DNA of 63,964 nucleotides, filler included, from Basidiobolus ranarum (Eukaryota), in the NCBI GenBank assembly GCA_040143965.1. It is 3 parts of 3 records of this genome, joined end to end, with 100 filler letters (N's around TTAATTAATTAA, not from the genome) between each part and the next. Parts side by side here need not be neighbours in the genome. Positions count along the whole stretch, not along the records: positions 1 to 23,749 come from JASJQH010000162.1; positions 23,850 to 47,467 come from JASJQH010000163.1; 1 more part is not named here. One strand, given 5' to 3'. The notes beneath the pieces were generated by a model. That model was not told where the DNA came from. It saw only the letters and a list, made by a program, of their open reading frames with translations, and ran no database searches. The stretch's first letter is position 1. The number at the start of each line of letters is the position of its first letter. Both the position numbers and the translations under genes were made by a program. Below, piece after piece: positions 12,607-25,131 of the stretch.

Positions 12607-14173
12607 ATGTCAAATTTCACCACAGTGCCAACGAGAGATTCTTCCATATCTCTAACTCCAGATAGGCTACACAGAGTACCTCAAATCCTGTTCAATTTTA
12701 TCTAAACCGAGTGTGCTAACTTTTGTGCCTTCTTTAGGTTTCCATGGAAACCCTAGAATCGGAAAAACTAAAGGAGCAGGTAATCACGTACAATTGTTAT
12801 CTAATTTCCCCAACACTCTTAACTCCTTTCTTCAACTTAAGCTGGAACGGATGCTTGAGTATAGTAACCACCTTGAGAGCTTAATGTCAAATCAAAAAGA
12901 AACATTTCAAACTCAGGTATGCGCCCTTTGAAGTTGATTAAGAGAATTATAGTGAAGTAACATTAGAATATTAGTTATCAAGAGCGAAAATGGAAACGGA
13001 TTTTCTTCGCAGAGAATTGGAATCAACCAAAGAATACTATCAAACTACAAATCAGGATATTCGTCTAAAAACTCACGTAGAGGAAAGCCTGAGATCACAA
13101 GAGATACAATTACTTAGTCAAAAGTTGGAAGAGTCGTATGATACTGTGGATCGATTAAAGAAACGGGTTCTTAAAGTACGTATATTGTATTTGAAGCACC
13201 ACTCTCTAGAATGCAAGTTTTTGACATACTTGCTTTGCTTCATAGTATAAGAGTCTTGATAGGAAACAAAAAGAAAGAAAACTTACGAAAAAGGTGATTC
13301 TTGGTAGCATTCAATTTCTTGCAACCATCCTAATAGATATTTTAAGAGCGTTGAAGAACCTAAGCCTATACCACAACCACGACCCTATTCCTTTATTCAC
13401 TTTGAACATGAGAATCCTGGTCTTCCCAAACAAAACAGAGTGGAGTGCAGTCCTTCACAGGTATGATTTTGAACCTTTGATTGAAATTTATCGGAATTTA
13501 TGCTGATATGGCCCACTGTTTACAGCCTTCCGATGCCATCAACGAGCAAACCCCCTATTCCTCTTCATCCAATCAAAGCGTTTCTGTGAAAGTCCACACA
13601 AATAAGCCATTCACCTCTGTGAGGATCTCAGGTGGTTCTAACTTTAGAACTCCGTTACAACCGATAACAGTTGAACATCAGACCAAGCCTAATAAGGTGG
13701 CGCCTTATCTGATGTCTACATTCAGCTGCCCTGACATTCAAGCCAAAGGTCGCTCACCTTATGTCAAGTGGACACCAGAGGAGGATACGTTATTGCGCAA
13801 GGCTGTAAGCCATTTGGGATGCACTAACTGGCAGCAAATTTCCAAGGAAGTACCTGGTCGTAGCTATCACCAGTGCCGCCAGCGCTGGTTGAAAGTACTC
13901 AAGAACTCGGTTAATCAGAACAACTACAAGATAGATCCATCTCAAATTCAAATGACTTTAAACCAGCCTCCACTCATTCGTAACTCAGTCATCCACGATT
14001 CTAATAATAGAATATTGAGCGTTTCTTCAGGAAGCGACCTAGAATCCCATGATTTTTCGATCAGAAATGCCAACATCTCAGGAATGAATCATTTAGCACC
14101 CATTATACCCTCAACAACAGTATTGAAATCTCGCAAGGACTCCTGTCCTCTATGGCAGATTTTAGACAATTGA
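12607..14173 (+). CDS. Coiled-coil plus single Myb/SANT-domain transcription factor, multi-exon
   Basis: Myb repeat KWTPEEDTLLRKAV...NWQQISKEVPGRSYHQCRQRW. Upstream coiled-coil exons join through GT-AG introns; the start codon is inferred. Confidence 0.8.
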
Positions 14174-14725
14174 ATCCGAACAATGTTAGTATCATAGGCC
14201 TTTCTCCATTGTATTGGTCATTTGTATGCACACTATTTCCATTGATTCCCTGTTAAATATGTAGATACTTTTTGTGCCTCTTTTCATACACAACATCTCC
14301 CCACTGTCACCCCCCTACCATTATATTTAATCCCAAGTGCTTTGGTAAATAATTATATGATTTCCATTAATGACATCATGGCTGCATATATGATATTCGT
14401 ACTATAGGCTGATAGAAAATCGCCCCTCAAACCAACCGATTACGCGAAAAGAAGCGTACACATATTGCGGTGAGGTAGCACATTTGAGCACAAGACTAGC
14501 AGGTAGCACAGCTGAGCTCAACACTCGAATAATCCTCAGCATTGCCTAAATCATCTGCCAACAAGTATGATTAATGCTCCCAAAACTCGATAGACTCCCC
14601 AACCGGAAATTCAACGCATTTACCATATAAAGAATACGAAAAGGGGATGAGATGGTTCAATCGTGCATGTATACCAGACTAGTAAGTATTTATCAGAGCT
14701 CGTTCAGTGGAGATTCCTGATCGCT

Positions 14726-15434
14726 ATGTCATCTGTCCCACCACATCCGTACTTTCCAAAAAGCTTAGTCTTGCCCAATTATGTACCTCCGACGTATCGT
14801 TTAAGTTTCACTCTGGGGGTTATTTTAGTCGCCGTCAGTGTAGTGGCTATAGCTACTTACCTTCTGGCCCATTTCAAGAGACTGCCAGTTGTGGAAGGGA
14901 TGATATTCACGTGGTTCGTTTTATCTGGTTTGATTCATTGTACATTACAGGCGTATTTTGTATTGTTCCATAAAACTCTAGCCTCGGACAATTTCATTAT
15001 TGCTCAAATGTGGAAAGAATATGGGAAATGCGATTCGAGATATCTTACCAGTAACCAACTGTTGTGGTGCTCGGAAGTCATCATGCTGGTTAGTGTATAA
15101 AGATATTCCTTCGTTCCACTTTGATCTGATGAATATATAGGTGTTTGTAGGGCCAATGTGTTTCTACACCGGTTACTTGATCTATGTTGGCTCGTTGTTG
15201 AGTCATCTATACATCTTGATCTGCTCACTGTTTCATGGATTGGTAACTAGTATATACATGTTGACTAGTATACTAGATGGTAGCCAAGAGTGTACGCCTA
15301 ATCGAATCTATTTCTGGCTTTACTTTGTCTCATTCAATTCACCTTGGATCATATTACCAATTCTGTTGACAGTAAGGAGTATCTTATTTCTCCACCAAGA
15401 ATTATCCACTCCCCTCAAATACAAACCATATTAA
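14726..15434 (+). CDS. EBP: Emopamil-binding protein family / sterol delta8-delta7 isomerase-like, 2 exons
   Basis: Motifs PHPYFP, WFVLSGLIH, WKEYGKCDSRY, YFWLYFVSFNSPWIILP. Confidence 0.85.
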
Positions 15435-15702
15435 ATTTCAAGATGATTGTATATATTGAATGTTTCATGGTCCACGGCTCACAGTTCACGGTTCACGGTT
15501 CGTAGAGTACATGTTTGGCTTGATTTGAATCCAATGAAACTCGATTGATCAACAAGTTCAAAACCGGATAGTGAAGACAGAGGTGGTGTGGAGTAGGAAA
15601 TAGGGGTTGGGGTAGGGGTAGGAGTAGGGGTAAAGATAAAGGGAATCCATTATAATCCATCGAAAGAAAATAGACTCTTGGTCTAGTCAATAATGCAACT
15701 AG

Positions 15703-16199
15703 TTAATTATGTCTAAAGAATTTCATGCCCAACCAGTTCCAAAATACTGCATATACCGAGACAAATAATGTTATGGGAATTAAAAGACAGTAATAAGTAT
15801 CCTCCTTGATCCAATCTAAATACTGTAAAAGTGGAGGTCATTCTCTCAAGATGAAGAAGATAAAGTGAAGGGAAAATCGACTCCACTTACCTTATTACCG
15901 GTGTAAGGTATATACTTACTAACTACAATAGCATACATAGAAAGTACGAATAAAAGATAGGTAACAAATAATGATACGTATCCCCAAAACTGGGTGGAAT
16001 CTGGCTCCATATTGGAGAGTTGAATGGTATTACGACGTGTATGGTGAGGTGGTTCAGTGTTTAGCTGAAATGAATGACTACGTTGAGATAGAGAAGTCGT
16101 TTTACCAACACCATGATTATTCACTGGAAGATCGGGAACCGATAAAGAACGTGAAGGAAAAGAGGGGAAATTCCTCGTTGTGAAAACTTCTTCCGACAT
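15703..16199 (-). CDS. PIG-Y family protein (GPI-GlcNAc transferase subunit Y-like), 2 exons
   Basis: FWGY...YTGNK spliced to YLDWIKEDTYYCLLIP...FWNWLGMKFFRHN*. Confidence 0.8.
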
Positions 16200-16364
16200 G
16201 AAGAAAGTTATGAAGGTTGTAAACCATCTCTTACTTACTTCCGTTAAAATACTACTGGAATTTAGGGTTGGTTGATTTGGATTGTTGTTTATCCTTTGTT
16301 TATTGAAAACCTTTTTAATATGTCTATAGAATAATACATGAATTTAAATGACATCGTGATGATA

Positions 16365-19221
16365 TTAAAACTTATCAGAGGAGTATTTCATTAGATCCTC
16401 CGACATGGCCCGGATCTTAGGATTATAATGATTCTAAAATCAAAATCAACATTAGTGGATGCTTGGTATATAAATTATGCCATGGTGTTGATTACTAACC
16501 CGAAGTAAAGCCAATTCCCAAAGACTGGTAGCAAATGGATTGCAGAGCTCTGGATCGTTGAGTTCTTTCATGTAGATACCATTACCTGCTCGATCTTCAG
16601 AAGATAGAAGACCATCGAGTTTGGGATACTTCACCATGAGTCTTTGAAGCATATTTAGGCACTGAATGACCACCTTCTCTGGGAAATCGAGCGAAATCAG
16701 CGCAAGTCTCTTGAGGAAGGCTGCTGCTCTCTCAGGTGCAACCTATGAAAAGAAAAGCCAATGTCAGGGAAGGACTTTACCAATGACTCTAATATTGAAA
16801 AGCATACGTGACGACGTTGAATCAAGAGCATATCGAGATTCTTAAGTAAGAGCTCTGCTTCACTCAATAAGGTGAACTTCTTGTCAACTTGGGGCTTCTC
16901 AACCTCTTGAGACTTTCCATCTACATTGATGTTTAATGCGAGTGGCATCATAATGGAGTAAAGATGTTCAAAGTAGTCCTTCAAATCGATGTTCAATGCT
17001 TCACCCTGACCAGATAGAATCTGGAATGCAGTGAGAATACACAACAACGAGGATCTGGTAGAAAGTACGGCTTGGTCAGGATTCTCCTCATCTACGGTCA
17101 TGATCTTCTTCAAAACCTGCAACAGATCTTGGAAAAAGTCAACGTTGATCAAGTGACCAAATCTAAGTATTTGGTTAGTGTCAGAATATAACGCAAGTAG
17201 GGGACTGACAAACTTACACAGCCAATCCTTCGAGAACTGAAGGAAGAAGTGGTGAGGTTTGAGCATGCTTGAGAATACGGAAGTAGGTGGTAAAGACATG
17301 CTTCAGAGTTTCGGTTTGAACTTTGCGTTTCTGGTCGTAATCTATTTCGGCCTCAGCCTCTTTCATCTCCTTCTCGATCTCCTTGTTTTCTTTGGCGATC
17401 TTACGGGTCTTGCGGGATCTGTGCTGTCTGTCCTTCTTTCTCTTTTTAATGCTCTTGGCATCATCACTCTGAATAACCAACTCATCCCTCAATCTCAGGT
17501 GAAGGAAAGTATTCAACGCCTAAAAAGCGATTAGATACACCGTGGATTGTAACCAATGAGACCATAACAGCGTACCTCATCATTCACCAGATAAGCCTTA
17601 GATTTGATCATCTTGGCAATCAGCTTGACAGCATCTTCACTGGCTTCACCAGACTCATCGTCTTGGAAGAGCTGAATAATAGCTTCGCAACACATCTCCG
17701 ACATCTGAGAATTTAGATTGTTCAGAGGATGAAAGTCAACAACAGAAAACCTCTTCAATAACTACGAACCTGATTTGGGTTTTTGGTTCCCATGCGTGAA
17801 ATGACAGCGGTCATTATGTTAAGACGGAAGTTGAAATGGGTCACGTTGGTTAAAAGGTCACACATACAACGAATGGCAACCATTGCTAAATCATCTGGCT
17901 CGGCGTTTGGATCGTTATGGACTATTTCAAAGAATTTAGATAAATGACGTGCAAAGAGGTTTAGGGTTTGGATAAAATCTCCTACTTCTGTGAGTATTTT
18001 CCAAGGATTGGAGATAGGCTTGGTAGTTGGAGAGAAGGGTTTCTTCATAATTACGAAGCTTCTTGACTTCTCTAGAGAGCTTAGCACTCAGTTCCTGTTC
18101 AGTCAATTTACGAATACGATAGCTGAAAGAATTGGTTATTAAGAGGACGATGAATGGATCTACATGAATGTTCGTTACCCAGGAATGATATCCTTGTAAA
18201 CAGCCAGTTGAGTGAGGAAGGCAAGCTTCTTAATAGTCAAATTGTCTTCTTTGGCAATCTCTCGGAGACCCTTCAATTTCTCAATCTGTCATACATTATA
18301 GAAGATACTGGTTAGTTTTGACTGAACTTTTGGTAACCTTTCAACCATACACCGCATACATTCTTTTCAGGGTCTTCAATGATCTCTTGTGCAAGTTCTG
18401 CAAGTTCCTCTTTCTTTTTAAGGACATATTGCTTTTTGGTGAGTTTAGGTTCAGCCTCGGGTGCTTGTGGCTCAGAGTCTGCCTCATCACTGTCATCACC
18501 GTCGGCAGACTCCATATCATCCTCCGAACTGTCAACTTGATTATCTAATTCCTCTTCACTAGCAGCCACCTCCGCAACGGGCTCCTCTGAATAAAACCAT
18601 TAATTCGCGTTTCTAATGAAAAGAACCATTTTTTAGCCCAGAAAATACCTGATTTTTGAACAACTCGACCGTCGGCTGTCTTGATAGGAAGTTTCTTGAA
18701 AGACTTATCCTCCCATTCGGACTTCATCTTACGAGGTTTCTCTTCGTATTCCTCTAAATTAGATTCAGCCTTAACCTTACGTGGTTTCTTTTCATACTCT
18801 TCTATATCTGAATCAGTATCAAACTCAAGATCATCTTTGGTAATCTGAGCTCCCTTGGCGAATGCGGTGGTAGCCTTTTTCCCGGTGACAATTTCATTCC
18901 TGAAAGGGGAATAGGTAAGAAAAAAGAGATTTGATAAAGTTTCAAGAGTTCTTGATATATATAGGTCGAATAACTATTTCAATGAACTAAGTAAACTCCT
19001 ACTAACTTTGATAAAGCATCAGGGTTAAGACTTGAGAGGAAAGAAGAGTATCCAGAGTGTTCAGCAAAGAAACCAATATCATCGTCAGAAAGTTCAACAT
19101 CCGAATCAACATTTCCTTGTTTCTTGGGTACCTTCACTTTGGTGGGTACTTTAACTCTATTTGTATTGGGTTCAGAGGGTCTACCCTTCTTACTGACATT
19201 CTTGGATTTTCTAGGTGCCAT
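16365..19221 (-). CDS. NOC3: Nucleolar complex-associated protein 3, multi-exon
   Basis: Motifs KLPIKTADG, HFNFRLNIM, FGHLINVDFFQDL, NIDLKD, DPELCNPFATSLWEL. Confidence 0.93.
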
Positions 19222-19706
19222 GTTCTGTTATAAAAAACCAAAAGAAAGGAAGTATGCTTGCTTTATTATAACTACACACGTTCATTCATTCTAATTCAAA
19301 CGAATTATCTCTCGCTTTCAAATTCGGACTTTGTTTTTTTTTCTTTTCAATATGGTACATGGATCTAATCTTACATAGGATCCTCCTTAGGTGGCGATTT
19401 TTTTTCCGTCTTGGTTGAAAAACTTGAACATCCCCGATGGAAATTTTTTTCCCCTCGATAATTTATTGTTGTCGATAATTGAATTGGCTTATGTTGAAAA
19501 TAAATGGACCAAATGTTGGATTGGAAATCGGATAATTGAAATGCTGATGGCACTTCAAAAAACGAACTGTATGTAGGTTGATGAATGTAGAGTGATATGA
19601 GTGGAGATTTGCATTAAAAATATACAAAGGACCGCATGTTATAATGTTAAGAAAGAATGGCAACAAAGGCTTTCGAGGGCAATGTGAGTACAGAACCGTA
19701 TCTAGC

Positions 19707-21354
19707 TCATGGCTTAATAATCTCCAAACCCCCTAAGAAAGGTCTTAAGGCTTTAGGGACTATTACATGTCCCTCTTCAGTCTGGTAGTGTTCCAAAATC
19801 GAGATGATCATACGAGGAATAGCGCACGCGGTACCATTCAATGTGTGGACAAATTCGAGAGAAGACGCCTTTTTGGCCTTGCTGTTGTTAGAAGCCGTGG
19901 AGGATTCGTTACGATAGCGAATGTTCAAGCGACGTGATTGATAGTCGGTACAGTTAGAGGTGCTAGAGATCTACGTGTTCAAAGGAAATCAGAAACGGAA
20001 TATGTATTTGCATGAAAAGTGGATATTTTAATACCTCTCCCCACCCATTGCGTCCCGGCATCCACGCCTCCATGTCATACTTACGGTAGGCACTGGCACC
20101 AAGCTCTTGAGTAGGCATATCAAGGATTCTATGAAGGTTTCATCGTTAATCACTAGTGCATAGGTTTAGTACAATTATCAATTTTCTGTACCTGAAGCAT
20201 AGTCCCAAATCGTTGAAAATCTCCTCTTCCAAAGCCTTTATCTCCTCCAACATCTTGTCGCTATCTTCTGGCTTGGTGAAAGTGAACAATTCAACTTTGC
20301 TAAACTGATGCACACGATACAGTCCTTTTGTGTCAGCCCCTCTAGCCCCAGCCTCAGCTCTAAATGCTCTTCCGAAACCAACCAATTTGAGTGGTAGCTT
20401 CTCCTCGGGAATGATTTTGTTACTCATCATCCCAGCGAGGGGAATCTCTGCTGTTCCTGTTAAGCATAATTGATGCGGAGTATTGTGAGAATCGTCAGAA
20501 TTCAAACTATAGATTTGAGTAGACTCGTTGTCTCGTGGCTGATATCCGCAGCTATGGGCGACATCTAACTTTACGACATCAGGGGTGATCACTGGTGTAA
20601 AGCCCTTGGCCATTGCCTTTGACATGGCGAATTGAATCAAACCAATCTCGAGAAGCGCTCCAGCATTCTTCAAATAATACCAACTAGAGCCGGTCACTTC
20701 AGCAGCAGCTTCCAAATCGATTAAATCTAACGAACGAGCTAATTCTACGTGATCTTTTAGTTTCCAAGATTCTTTCCTTGGTTCACCAACGACTTTAACA
20801 ATTTTCGCATTTTTCTCCTCACCAATAGGGGCCTCTGGGTGAGTATCGTTTGGAATACTTAACGCGAGTTTATACAAGTCTTTCTCGAGTTCTTCAAACT
20901 TGCTTTCTTTCTCTTTTAACGACTCTTTGAGTTCTTTAGCATTTTCTAATAAAACTTGACCGGCTTCAGATTTCACTTCTTTTCCTAGTTTGCCAATCTC
21001 TTTTACAGTTTCGTTACGTTGATTACGTAATTGGTTGATGTCCTGGGTTAATTCGCAAAATGTATCGTACAGGCTAACCACTTCACGTACTTTAACTGAG
21101 TGCATGTTACGTGAGACAACATTCTGCTCAATAGTCTCTAGGTTGTCTCTGAAGTGCTTGAAGTTTAAGTTTGGCTTTGGTAGTGCACGAGCGGGAGAAG
21201 TGAGACCTTTGATAAACAAGTTGAAAAAAAAGAGAGAAGGGGTCAATTTGAAAGAACATCGAAGAATATTTTGTTAGGAGAAAAATTCACTACCAAACCA
21301 TCTTCTAGTGATAACTGAAGGTATGGACGTTTTCCTCACTTGAAATCGAAACAT
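19707..21354 (-). CDS. DIA4: Seryl-tRNA synthetase, probably mitochondrial, 4 exons
   Basis: Motifs [49 protein letters not shown]. Basic N-terminal exon MFRFQVRK resembles a presequence. Confidence 0.9.
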
Positions 21355-21756
21355 ATTCCTTGGGTATTCGTACCGAGTGAATGGGTTAATTGGTCAGATA
21401 TTTTGGTTAAAGAGAAGTAAATTTTTCCAACTTCTTTTCATAGTCTAACTTTACTCAACAGTGGCTCCATTCAGTCAGTGTTTCCATATAAGGCTTGATC
21501 TAGTTCGAGTCTAAATGCTAGTTTCTTACCCAACTTGGGTGGTTTAATGTGACTGGGGATTCGAGGAACTATTGATTGATGATTAGAATGACTCACTAGG
21601 AATAAGCAAAATATTTATCAAATAATCCCATCATTCCCCACAACAAATAATCAATTGTTGGTTAATGATGAGAAGATTAAGTTAGCTTCAATTTGATTGT
21701 TTATATTCCTTTGTTCTGGGTTTCCACAGGCTTTGGTAGTTCTTTTCGTTATACAC

Positions 21757-23520
21757 ATGGCAAGCCGAACTCCACAACGAAACAAACGTACTGAAAGTAT
21801 GGATATATCGGTGGAACAAACACCAGAACGTCTGGTACTTCCGGAACAAATTGAAGACCCAGAAGAAAGCGCAAGTGAAGAAGTTGCTTCCAATACTAGA
21901 GATCTACAGAGAGAGATATCTCAACGAGAAATGCATCGTTTCCTTCAATCTTTTCCTACTCTTTCCGAAAAATATACTTTGATTGAAAAGACTGGTGAAG
22001 GTATAATAATATTCAAGACTTTTTTTCGTTCTTTAATATTAATGGTTATTACCTACGTATTTTTAATCTAGGAACTTTTAGTACGGTATATAAGGCGATT
22101 GATTTGGATCACCAAATGTATGATAATAATTTATGGCAACATTATTGTCCACCCGAAACAACCGTCGATGAAATCTCTTTAAAGGAAGTTAGAAAACGTA
22201 AACTTCAAGAAGAACCGGTTTATGTGGCTATCAAAAGAATTTATGTTACTAGTTCACCAGCCAGAATCGCTAATGAGATCAGTATTCTCAGAGACTTAAG
22301 GTGAGTTCCATTCTTTACTAGTTTGGTGTAGAATGAAATTGAAGTTGACTTTATGGATAATGATAGTGGACATGATTGTATATTACCTTTGATTACAGCA
22401 TGCAGACATCAAGACCAAGTTGTGGTTATACTTCCCTATTTTGAACATGATGATTTCAGGGTTCGTAGCATCTTGACTAGATTTCTCTTAGAACTGTTGA
22501 AAGTTAATTCGTTGTCAAAATAGGACTTTTACCGAAAACTCCCGATTCAAGACATGAGACCATACTTTAGAGCTTTATTTCGTGCTTTGGAAATTATTCA
22601 TAAGGAAAAGATCATTCACCGTGATATCAAACCTAGCAATTTTCTGTACAACGTAGCTAAAAAACAAGGTGCTTTGGTGGACTTCGGTTTGGCACAAGTA
22701 AAATCACTCCTATTTATTGGTGCATTCAACTCTGCTTTAACACTTTATTGTATAGAGGGAAGATGGTACACCAAAGGAATACCCAAAACCTAAAAGCTCG
22801 AATGCTGAATCTACCGGATCAAGTGAAAACAAACCAAATGGATTACTCACGTCACCCCCACCTTGCATTGTTGACCAAGAAGGGCGTCCGGGGTATCTCA
22901 AGAACGATCCAAGGTATGCAGTAAATAGAGTGACATTCAGGAAGTAAAACTCACATGATTGTAAACAATACAGACCTGCCGTTCGAGCTAATCGTGCTGG
23001 TACAAGGGGATTTCGAGCACCTGAAGTCTTGTTCAAGCATGTTCATCAAACCGGGGCCATCGATATCTGGTCCACTGGAGTAATACTCTTGTGTGTCATG
23101 TCCCAACGCTTTCCATTCTTCAACTCGAACAGTGATCAGGAAGCGTTGCTGGAGATTGCATGTTTATTCGGGAAAAAAGCTATGCAACATGCGGCAGCCC
23201 TGTTAAGTAAGATTGCATACACTAGCCTCATTTACATACCAAATTCAACTTAATTTTTGCGAATTCTAGATCGCTCCTTCATCACTAACGTCCCTACCGT
23301 CCACGATAATCCGATTGGCTGGGAACGTCTAATCAAATATTTGAATCCAAATGGATTCAAGGAAATCCCCGTTGAGGCTTTCGATCTATTGAAAAGATGT
23401 CTATCATTGGATCCCAACGAAAGAATCACCGCCTCTGAAGCGCTAAACCACCCATTCCTTAGCGTTCCAGAAGAAAATGAATATGAAAGTGAGGAGTGTT
23501 CTATTGATGTTGATCCTTGA
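21757..23520 (+). CDS. CDC7: Cdc7/Hsk1 (DDK) protein kinase, 7 exons
   Basis: Motifs GEGTFSTVYKA, IKRIYVTSSPARIANE, HRDIKPSNFL, DFGLAQ, RANRAGTRGFRAPEVL. Confidence 0.95.
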
Positions 23521-23749
23521 TATGGAAATCTCTTCATGGTCACGCGCTTACTGAGCAAGCCACTCTATCGATGATCTGTCACATATCTGTAGATAACCCA
23601 TAATAAACTGAAATAATGAAGACAATGTTTAAACCAATCCCACAGGCGTGTGTTTATGAACAAAATGGATGCTTCATTAGGAATCTTTACACAGAGCAGC
23701 ACAGAATTAATTATTAGGAAGTGAGGAGAGTGAAGGGGAGGGGGAGGGG

Positions 23750-23849
23750 NNNNNNNNNNNNNNNNNNNNNNNNNNNNNNNNNNNNNNNNNNNNTTAATTA
23801 ATTAANNNNNNNNNNNNNNNNNNNNNNNNNNNNNNNNNNNNNNNNNNNN
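23750..23849. other. Assembly gap (100 nt) with TTAATTAATTAA spacer
   Basis: N-run with a PacI-like six-frame stop linker at 23794-23805. Confidence 0.97.
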
Positions 23850-25131
23850 CTTTACTCCTCGGTGAAGCCAAGGCAACTGAGATCGCAAAGAAGAACTTGA
23901 GAAAAATCTATAAAGTATCGGGTTTGTTGTAATTATCGATCCTTGCATACCACCTCAATACCTGTTCTATTTCATTTTCTCTGATCATGTGCCTTAAACA
24001 TATTTCATTTGCATTAATATATTTGTTGCACGAAAAAGCTCCCTTCGTCAGTTTATAATCATGTTGTTGTAGTAGGGGAAATCTGACATACCAACGATTT
24101 AACAAAATGGAGCCATTGGTCTCCGGAATTTATTTAAAGACATACAATAATACCTCAGACTATGTAAATCGGTGCAGTACATGATGGCACTAGAGTCTAA
24201 AGAATCAATCTCCAGTGTGTGTAATTTGAGCCTGTTAAAGATGATTGATAATTAACATGTGATGAATTTGAAAGGTTAAGGAGATGGTCTTTGATTAGAT
24301 TGCTCGGTAGGATGTCTCGTGCAAAATAATTACATGACAAAAGTGAGCAATTTCATTTTCTCGCGGAGCTCTTGTGAATTCAACCGCGTTACTCATGAGG
24401 AGGTGTCGTACTCTCCTTCGGTGGTATCAAACTTTATAATTTTTCAAAGATGTATAATCTCGGGGATAACGTATGATATTAGGCGAAATCGAAAATTTGT
24501 GAAAAAGTACTAAGAATATTCGGATTTACCAAAGTTCTGTGCTACTTTAGTAGTTGCAGTTGCCATGTTTTTTGGTGCTAATTTGAAGTAGTCAACAACA
24601 AGAACGCTCAAGATCATTCGCCGTGGCGGCATACGGTTTACAGCACGAGCCAAAGTCATCCCTGAAGCAATTAAATTCTAAAGAATAGATTATCTAATTC
24701 AAGATATCAGAGACTATTACCATGTTTCTTGGTGCTCTTCCCTCTGGCTTGGATCGGGAGATGTCCCTTTTTAAAAACCCATAACTAATGACGATGAAAT
24801 TTGCAGGATACTTCTTGAAATGTTAACTATACAATAGAATATTCATTATAACAAATGAAATGGTTTAGTTTATCATCTTAAATAAATCAAAATCAACAAC
24901 ATAAAAAGTTGGACAAATATGTTACAAACAAATAGAAACCGGATCTAAATCTAGGAAATTGATGATTATGTCAAAATGGCGTAAAAGATACATGAGGATT
25001 AATGCTTGTGGATGAAGTGAAATTTGAATGGTTTCGTAGGAAACAAGGGGAAAAATAATAACAATTCTAATATTCAAGAATGTAAAGCACATACCTACAA
25101 GAAGGAAAGAAAAAGTATACAGGAACGTGCT

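Noticed and set aside
23794-23805. Perfect palindrome TTAATTAATTAA, repeated at 47512-47523
   Set aside because: Embedded in N-runs of identical layout; an artificial scaffolding linker.
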